A stretch of 60,979 nt of DNA, the filler included, from Diploschistes diacapsis (taxonomy: Eukaryota), in assembly GCA_023645945.1 (NCBI GenBank). It is 9 parts of 9 records of this genome, joined end to end, with 100 filler letters (N's around TTAATTAATTAA, not from the genome) between each part and the next. Parts side by side here need not be neighbours in the genome. Positions count along the whole stretch, not along the records: positions 52,506 to 56,693 come from JALAIB010001756.1; positions 56,794 to 60,979 come from JALAIB010001757.1; 7 more parts are not named here. One strand, given 5' to 3'. Every line of letters starts with the position of its first letter. Position 1 is the stretch's first letter. The notes under the pieces were generated by a model. The model saw only the letters and a list, made by a program, of their open reading frames with translations. It was not told the origin of the DNA and searched no databases. Shown here piece by piece: positions 52,506 to 60,979 of this stretch. Position numbers and translations under genes: made by a program.

Positions 52506-53778
52506 TAGTCCAAAAGTAATGGTCCCTCGGTTAAATCGGTGCAAATAAACAATAAATGCCTACTATTATTTCTACAATAATGCCACCATATCGTCGTTTG
52601 AAGCTCTGGGAGCGCTCTGAGCTTATAGGCGCATATAGATCAGGTGTTATCCAAAAAAATACAACCAATAGGTTAAATATTCCTTATTCTACAGTTAAAA
52701 AGACAATAGTAAAGGTTTTAGAGCGTAATAAAGACTAAAATGATTTAAAGCGTTCCGGAAGACCTCGAATAACGTCCGAAAATCAAGAAAATAGGCTTTA
52801 TCGAACGGCCAAACGCTATCTAGAATCTGAGTAATTTGAATTATTCGATATCTCGTTTATTAATAAAAATAAAGTACGCCGAAGATTCCGCGATATCGAC
52901 CCTTTTTTTAAAAAATATAAGATGCGGTGGAAGCCATATTTAGAACTTGAAAATACGGAAAAACGTTTAAAGTATTTCCGAATACACCGAACTTGGCGCG
53001 CCGAGGATTTTATTAATATTTAATTCACCGACGAATGCTCCATAATAATAAGAAATAATAAAATACGAAAATAAATATAAAGATATATAAGAAAATAATA
53101 ACTTCTCGATCATTTAATAAAAACGATTAGAAATAAAGAAAGTATTATATTTTAAATTAATATAAGAACCGATAAACGCGTCGTGTAATATTTCTTCGAA
53201 AATTATTATATAAATAAACGAAATACTACCGTCGAGGCTTATTATATTTTATTAAGAGATATTTTATCCCAAATTTACGAATTTAGATAAGATTTTTTAT
53301 AGAATAATACTTCTATATATATTATAAACGCTGTTAAAACGTTTTTAAAGAATCTCGGCGTCTAAATTCTCGATCATTCATCATATAATCCAGATTTGAA
53401 CGCTATAAAACATCTTTGGCCTAAATTAAAAAAGGAGGTATTTCGGCTTTATCTAAAGCTTAAAACAATGCGTAGGAGTAAGGATAATAAGAAACAGGCT
53501 TTAAAAGCTGCTATTATCGAGGCATTTAATTAAATTACGGCAGATAGGGAATGGGATTTGCCTGCTCGATTAATCTATTCGATGCCTACGCGAATTCAGG
53601 TTGTATACGACGCGCAGGGGTGGTAAATAAAGTATTAATAGATACTACGAACAAAGGGTATCAAAATGATCTAAAAAGCGCATTTGTAGGATATTATTTG
53701 GGTGCGCATCGCATCTCCAAAGTTGGTGATGTCTATTATAATTTAGGTAGGGACCATTACTTTTGGCACGTGACTGTA
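52506..53778 (+). mobile_element. Tc1/mariner DNA transposon, RIP-inactivated
   Basis: Inverted repeat CCAAAAGTAATGGTCCCT (52510-52527) versus AGGGACCATTACTTTTGG...GACTG + TA (53749-53778). Transposase remnants: RSGRPRITS, FTDECS, a degenerate QDN motif and YNPDLNAIKHLWPKLK, with many TAA/TAG stops. Confidence 0.92.
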
Positions 53779-54451
53779 CATTAGGCAAGTAAGGTACAAT
53801 GTATGTATGTTTGTTAGCCCCCGGCAGGCTAGGTGACGGGATAGGGGGTGCTGAGAGGCTTCAGGGGCCCCCAGGTAGCCTCAAAGCCATTTCAATGTAT
53901 GGAAAGTTCCTCCGTGCCTTCAAGTTCAAAATTTCATCTCCCATCAACTTGTTCCACCTTGTCTGGTCTAGCCTTGAACAATCATCAAAACGCCGTCGCT
54001 TGGGCAAACGGGACGGATGCTCGAGTTGTATCATTGCATAAGAGACTTATGCTCCGCCTCTCTACCCAGCTAAGATTGAGTGAAGAGTGCGCAAGGGCCC
54101 TCGGCACGGTATACAACAATAACTCGTTTCGAGACCTCAAAATCGTATTCTATTCTAACGCCGGTTGCAGGTTCGCGCAATCTCTCACAAGAGTCCAACG
54201 GTCAATGTTTCAGCCTTGTCTCTATAACAATAATCGGGATATGCACCGTTGTATCCATTTCCATGATTCGCTGCGTCGACAAGAAGTCGGACCTATTCAG
54301 CGCCAGCGCCACACACTAACAGCATTACGCTATTGACTAGCTTGAACAAATCTCCGGGCCTTCAGCCTAGTGGCCGTCGACCTTTGAACCTCATCATGCC
54401 CTCGAAGGCTCACCGCGAACTTAACAGCTCCCCACAATTCAACCACATAGG

Positions 54452-56419
54452 ATGTCGTCGTCTCCTACCGGGCTTGAAAGGCTTCAAGACGACCGGGCTG
54501 CCAACGCGCCCGAAGCCGTGCGAGGTCCATATGGCAAGGCAAGTACTTGATCTCTCAAGGTGAAGCCTTCGCATATATGTGGCTAACCGCTCTTCTGAGC
54601 AGCGCTCTTCCCTAAGCGCACCGGAGCAGGCACCATCGGATTTACCAGAGACCAGATACGACGATACTTAACCTGAGATCGCTGGCGCTTTCGCTTCCAA
54701 GCACGAGAACGGACGCCCAATCGATCCGGCAGCAGTACCCGTTCGCGCGAAAAGGAGATGGCGCTGGATCATCATCATTGCGATTGTAGTTCTATGCGTT
54801 TTGGCGCTTGCCATCGGATTGGGAGTTGGTCTTGCTGCCAGGAAGTCTACAGATTCTCGGTCAGTCCTGCTGGTCAACATCTCGAGTTCCCCTTCACCGG
54901 CTGATATGACCGTGCAGACCTCAGACTGCTGCGCAAACGGGATCCGCATCCACGCCTACTACCTCCGCTGCTAGTGCACCCCAATCGAGCACCCTATCCT
55001 TAAAGCACGGCATCGCAAACGGCTCGTCCTTTGCGGCAGTCACTCAGCTAGATTCAACCAAACATGTGATATTTCAAGATATCAATGGAACAATACGACA
55101 AGCTATAGCATTGGGTAGCGGCGCAGACTGGGACGTCTCCACAAGCAATACCATAGCCACGGACGCTCGACCAAACACGCCGCTAGCGGCTTTTTTGCGC
55201 CTGTTAGGTGGGCCTCTGGGAGAACCCAACACTGTAAGCTTTTTCCCACTTCCTCTATGACAACAAGCTGTATGAGAACTGTTCAACTTTGTCGCATTCT
55301 CCAGCTTCCTGTGAGAAGATAACCTAAGCTTGTTACTTGAGATACATAGCTTTCTTTGTCCGGACCTGAGTCTGGAACCCATGTTCTCTGCGTCGGACCG
55401 GACTCTCGTGAAAGCTTTGAACGAGCATCTGACTCTCCATGTCTCAGATATACCTTTTCTATGTGAATTCCACCGACAACCTTGTCTTGCTCAACTACTT
55501 TGACGGTCAGGGATGGGGGGAGCCAAACTCGCAGAACGACTTCTCAAAAGTGGGGAAAATCACCATATCTCAGCAATCTACCAACATCCAGGCGGTCGCT
55601 CTGGTTGATACTAATCAGAACGATCTTCCTCCAAATTTCAGCTTCATGTTGACACTTCTTGACTCGAACGAGAATCCTCTGATGTTATACGCGTACGAGC
55701 AGGCTGTCAACGTAGCCAGTACAAGCTTTGGCCTGGACCTTGTTTGGAACAACATCACCGATTCCTTCTCAAACCCGCAATATGGCATCCAGAGTATGAC
55801 CAACGCGACATTTAGCAACTTCGCTAGCTACAACACCTCACAATCCATCACCGTCAACCTCCCAGTAACAGACACCGATGGCCAATGGGACTCAATCACC
55901 TACGTTAATCAACCCCAAACTAATGCGACGTTTAGTAAGCTTCCGCAACCCCGGCAGTGCAATTTCCCATCCTTCTCATTCCTTAAAAACAATTTCATAT
56001 CCCGCTAGAGGTCCATGCGGGAACAGCAACACACAAGCGCTAACGCTCCCTCCTTCTCGCCAGTACCAAAATGGCAAGCTGCCATGCAAGGTAGCTACCC
56101 CCCTTCCAACGCCAACGACTCCCTCGTCCCGGGTACGCTTCAGATAAAACCCAATTCCACCTCCCCCATTGTCAACCCGAACCAGTATTACATCCAAAAC
56201 GGCACACTCGTCTTCTACGAGGGCTCCAGCTTGGGCGGAAGCGTACCCTCCACCCCTTTCACCTTTACTAACCTAGCCGTCACCCAGCCCTCGGGCACGT
56301 CGAGCCCGAACGTGTATTTGTACCACCAGCTAAACGAGAGCGCGTTCGCGGAGGAGGTGTGGAACGACGATCTGGCCAGCTGGCAAACGAACGTCGTGCA
56401 GGTCGGGACATCTACGTAG
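54452..56419 (+). pseudogene. Type II membrane protein with a fucose-specific-lectin-like extracellular region; in-frame TAA at 54669
   Basis: RRWRWIIIIAIVVLCVLALAIGLGVGL TM helix; GIANGSSFAAV, HVIFQDINGTIRQA, DARPNTPLAA, IYLFYVN, YLYHQLNESAFAEEVW; about four introns. Confidence 0.6.
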
Positions 56420-56899
56420 ATTTTATTAATAATGAACTGAGAGTGGTGACTTAACGCATTGGCCTGTACATTGTTTGTGTCGCAGCTTCTTATGCGTTGA
56501 AGCCGAAGCACTCCGGCTCATGGTTATGGTTCTTCAAGCGAACAAGCGCGAGAGGAGAATATCCCGAGCTCTCCCACTGCGCCAACACAAATCAACCTCA
56601 AAATAACGACACAAAAGCCCCCGCACCATTTCGCAGTCGCCGACAAAAGCGCCTCCCCCCCCCCCGAAACCCCAACTCTCCAACTCTCCTACCNNNNNNN
56701 NNNNNNNNNNNNNNNNNNNNNNNNNNNNNNNNNNNNNTTAATTAATTAANNNNNNNNNNNNNNNNNNNNNNNNNNNNNNNNNNNNNNNNNNNNATATAGG
56801 ACCTAACTTAACGTATACGTAAAATAATTGTTAGCCCTATAGTATTTATATAAAAAATAAACGGAATAAATATTATAAAAAGCCTATTAATCATATCTA

Positions 56900-58130
56900 C
56901 GATAATCGATGCTTTAAGATAAGAAAAGATCGAAAGAATAATAAACGTAGAAAACGCAAGAATAAAAAGAGATTTTCTATTGAATAAAGAAGTGATTACA
57001 CGTATGTTAATAAGATTTAATATAAAGAACTAAGTTTCATTATCGTAAAGAACTTTTATTGAGAATTATAATCGAATTTATAGATACTTTTGGCTTTTCG
57101 GCATGGACGGCCACTGCTCATATCAATATTATCGGTCTAAATTATTTACCGAAGACTTACTTTCTTAAAGTCAGATTCTTAATATAGAACGCTCCGTTTA
57201 TCTTATAACAAATTAATTACGTTAGTAGTGCGCCACCGACGACGTCGGTCGAGGTATAATGGAAAAGGAATTTAATGTTATGTCGGAATTGTATAATATA
57301 ATGCCATTTCTTATCCCGAAGTTATTATATTAGGGTAAATACAAGCTTCCGGATATAAATAAATACTTCCTTCTCTACGACTTCGTGAATATAGATAATC
57401 GATTTTTAAATTTATTACGTCTTTATATCAAAATCGTAGAATTTTATAGGTTTAATCGGTCGCCGATTAAGAAATTTGGATTCTATATATTCACGTTTTA
57501 TGGGAAGTATAAGCAAGTTGTACAATAAGATAATAATTAAGTTTCGTTTTTTAAAAAATTATTAGACGACGCCTTCCGCTTAGATCTAAAAAATAATAAA
57601 CCGTAGCTAAAATTTAAGAAGATTTTTGAATGGATATTCATTAAAATGATTTCGAGGTTCTTGGGGGTGCTTTAGAAGGACGGTCGCGAAATCAAACCGT
57701 GTCTGATCCACGGAGATCTTTAAAAGGGCAATATTAGCATAATAGATAATAATAAAATCAAGATTTTCGACGTAGGAGCGTACTATGCGCATAACGAAAT
57801 AAAGATAGGAATATGGCGTTATATCCGGTATAAGATTAATTAAGAAATGTATACGACGGTTTATTTAAATGCTTTTTTATTTAGCGAGTTAGTGAACGAA
57901 TGGAATGATAGGAATAAATTATATAATATAAAGATAAACATAATATATTCCGTATATCATAAAAAAGATATTATACGGTAAACGTGAGTCTTAATAAACG
58001 AGTTAAGGAGTTCTTTTGAAGTTGATAATAGATATAAGACATACGAAGACATATGTTATTTTATAAATAAATACGTATCTTAGGATCGGGGTCAGGCCAT
58101 AACAGACGAAATTAAGGATATTTAAGCATA
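56900..58130 (+). pseudogene. RIP-mutated fructosamine / protein-ribulosamine 3-kinase
   Basis: YFLK-intron-CATDDVGRGIMEKEFNVMSELY, SPIKKFGF, DGREIKPCLIHGDL*KGNI, IFDVGAYYAHNE, EWNDRNKLY. Confidence 0.85.
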
Positions 58131-58943
58131 AAAAACTGAATTACGTCGCTAGTACCTACATTTATTGATAAAAATATAAACTCGTTCAGTCTTATTGTAT
58201 CAACGAGATGCTTTTACTTAATATAATTTTCGAAGTTTATTGATATGTTAAATATTTTCTCGTTACATAATCCGAATATTCTCGTTGTTTATGTAACGGA
58301 GGCGTCTTTGTCTACTTCGTCTTCTATAATTCGTTAGAGGGCGTATTCCGTTCTCTGCTTTTGCTGGTGTTTTTGTATATAGCAAGGCGACGGATAGTGC
58401 GAGAAGCGTACTGAGGCCGGCGATAAAGGTAAAAAGACGCCGGTAGACCTGTAGGTGAATAACTTAGACCAATTTTCGCTTAACGAACAAAATCGGATAT
58501 TTTAAGTTAACTTATATCTATTTATAAAGATTATTAAATATAATCCTGCGTTTCACTTAAGAATTATATTTATTAAAAAGATTAGATTATTCAACCCCGT
58601 ATCCCTTCTCATTACATCCAATTAAAAACAGCCATGCGGTAATCGTAACTTCTTAACTAAGCGACAAGATATAATCTTAAAATTTACCTAACTTTCTTTT
58701 TTTTATATTTAATCCAACAAAAACTTTCAATACAAAGAAGAAGTACAAAGAAAAGCGGTATAAACGCCGAATAACACGACCGAAGTTTTAAGACAATTAT
58801 AGTAAAAAATCGGAACCTTTACCATTATATCCAACTAACGAGATCCCTTAGAGGTCGTCTTCCTCTCGAGCATATCCGCGCACTAGAACTGTGACCAGAA
58901 AATAGAAGGAAAAAAAGGGCGAATCGATTTACTAACAAGCGGA

Positions 58944-60840
58944 TGATGCTCTATAAGTCCATCAGCGCTTAAAATCGCCGAAAAAACGACGTAAAAGATT
59001 TTTAAAGGAATAGAAGGCTAGGACAGCCCAATCGGAAAAACAAACGACGCAAGTTTCAGCTTCAGGCAGGGGTGCGCGAAGACCCAAAAACTCTTCTTTA
59101 CCGTAGAAGCCAGGTCCCGCAGTATCGAGAATATCAAGATTTAACGTTAAAGTATTTACAAAATCTAGTCAATCCGGAAACAGAGGTCGTGGTTTAGTAA
59201 CAAAAGGTCGCGGTACATCGGCTAAAAGCCGTTGAATATAATTAAGAAACGATAAAGCCACTCGAGAACCCGTTAAATCATCGAAAACAGTTCTTAAAGT
59301 ATTAAAAAAAAAAAGAACGTCAGGTCGAGGCTCTAGAGTATTTCGGAAAGGGCGTATATCAGGTTTGAAAGGAATAGTAAGCAACAACGAAAATATAATT
59401 AAATTAGAGAACGCGTAAATTATTATAAGAGTAAAACCTGTTATTTAAAACCAACCGAGCGGATCAGAACCATATAATTAATAGAAGCCAAAGACGAGCT
59501 TAAGGAAAATATCAAAGCACCCGGTACAAGACACTGTCAATAAAAGACCCTTTTTTATAAATAACTTTGCCTGACGTACATAATTTACAATTCACACGCG
59601 AACCTGATTGAATAACATCGACGCAGCGTCTCCAGATCGTATGCTTAAGAATCGTGTTTTAAATCTTTTAAATAGTTCTAATAGCGTTTTTAAAGACCAA
59701 TTCAATATAAGAAATAATCGGCGTGCGAGTTCAACGTCCAGAAATATTCTGAATGATAGATCTACGGCAATATTTATAACTAAAAATAAAGATCCCGGAG
59801 ACAGTAAATTAATAAATGATAAATTAAAACTTCGTCGAGTCATTCTTAAAAAAGATCTAAGAAAGAACGAAGAAATTAAACGTTTTAAAAATATTATAAA
59901 AACGGAATTACTTTAACGTCATTTATCCGAAGTTCCGGAGCTTAAAATTACTTTAAATAAATATCTTAAATAAATTAAACAGAATTCGATATTGAATTAT
60001 TATTTATTTATTAACGATCTGTACCTTAAGCTTAACGAAAGTAAAAAGGATAATAAATACCCGATCATTTATCCCGAATATTTCAACAGTTTCTTACAGA
60101 AATACCGAACGTAGAACGAAGCTATACTTCAAAAATCAATCATGGTTAATATCTTCCACCCTTACTAGCTGTACGACATCCTCGATTATAATACTAAAAG
60201 GCAATGGACCCTAACGAAAGATACCTGCTTGCCTTTTATTCAGGAAGGCAAGATTAAGATGCCCAAACTAGATCTAACGATAAGCTTCAAGCTGAGCTCA
60301 CTTACCATAAATGAAAACAATACGGACCCGATTCCTCCGGAACTTTTATCCTATACGCAACCCGACGGTGGGTTCCGGTGCTTTCCGTTCCTATTCATAG
60401 AAATTAAAAAGGCCGGTACTGATTTAACCGATACTGAACGTAACAATCTATATAGCGCTAGTTAGACATTATATAATATTTATCGTTAAATATTACGAGC
60501 GTTTAAAAAAAACGAATGTTTCAAACGGGTTCGCGTATTTTCCTTCGTTTTTAACGTGGAAAGATTTAGTATGCGGATGTATCGAATTAATAAATCTGGT
60601 AAAACGAATGTCAGATTTCTTTTTATTGATTTATACAGTCTGCCACAATATACAAAAGATTAGGTATGCCGGCTTCTCGATTCATTTCTCGAAAATTATA
60701 TAATTAAAAAATTCTATCCAATTCTTAAAGCGACTTTTAAAAATGTTGTTCAGTAGGAACAGGAACGTCAAAAAAATAAGTGTAAAGAAAAAGGCCCTCG
60801 TGACATTATTATAAAAAGAGCTCGAACCTCGAGAAACTAA
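58944..60840 (+). pseudogene. RIP-mutated gene with a PD-(D/E)xK-nuclease-like C-terminal domain (DUF7924-like)
   Basis: Low-complexity basic N-terminus, NEAILQKSIM, MPKLDLTISF, CFPFLFIEIKKAG, NLYSAS*TLYNI, RVRVFSFVFN. Confidence 0.6.
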
Positions 60841-60979
60841 TAATAAATATATAAGATAATCTTTTTAAATGTTTTAACTAAACGTTTCTAATTAATAATT
60901 GACGAATAAACAATATACAATAGAATTTTATAAAAAATTCCAGGTCGGTTCCCCGAAAACAAGTCCAGATTATGAACTC

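Larger units (their letters stand above)
56794..60979. repeat. AT-rich, heavily RIP-mutated block
   Basis: Abrupt drop in GC, abundant TpA, depleted CpA/TpG, and coding remnants riddled with TAA/TAG. Confidence 0.85.

Overview
Draft-assembly DNA from a filamentous ascomycete (Pezizomycotina): intron-containing genes with GT..CTAAC..AG introns. It consists of nine contigs joined by eight artificial 100-nt spacers (N44-TTAATTAATTAA-N44), so adjacency across a spacer is not evidence of linkage. Recognisable genes are a nitrilase, a CDF metal transporter, LSM7, a DUF3712 protein, a GPI-anchored CFEM protein, EMC7, an LRR-like protein, SUZ12, EDE1, alpha-tubulin, PGA1, a secreted protein, GTR1, a PQ-loop transporter, CLR2, GPI16, ARF6 and an MFS efflux pump. 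Several genes are broken (aldehyde dehydrogenase, P450, F-box, lectin-like membrane protein). RIP-mutated DNA includes a Tc1/mariner copy, a Fot1/pogo end, and a 4.2-kb block carrying non-transposon genes. Three observations stand out. (1) A secreted multi-repeat peptide precursor at 38696-39499 has Kex2-type and dipeptidyl-aminopeptidase-type spacers that would release cationic, amphipathic-looking peptides. (2) A PRC2 subunit SUZ12 carries an extra ING-like PHD finger that lacks the aromatic-cage Trp. (3) A RIP-destroyed fructosamine kinase and nuclease-like gene pair may be cargo of a large repeated element. All calls come from manual translation and motif recall; no searches were run.
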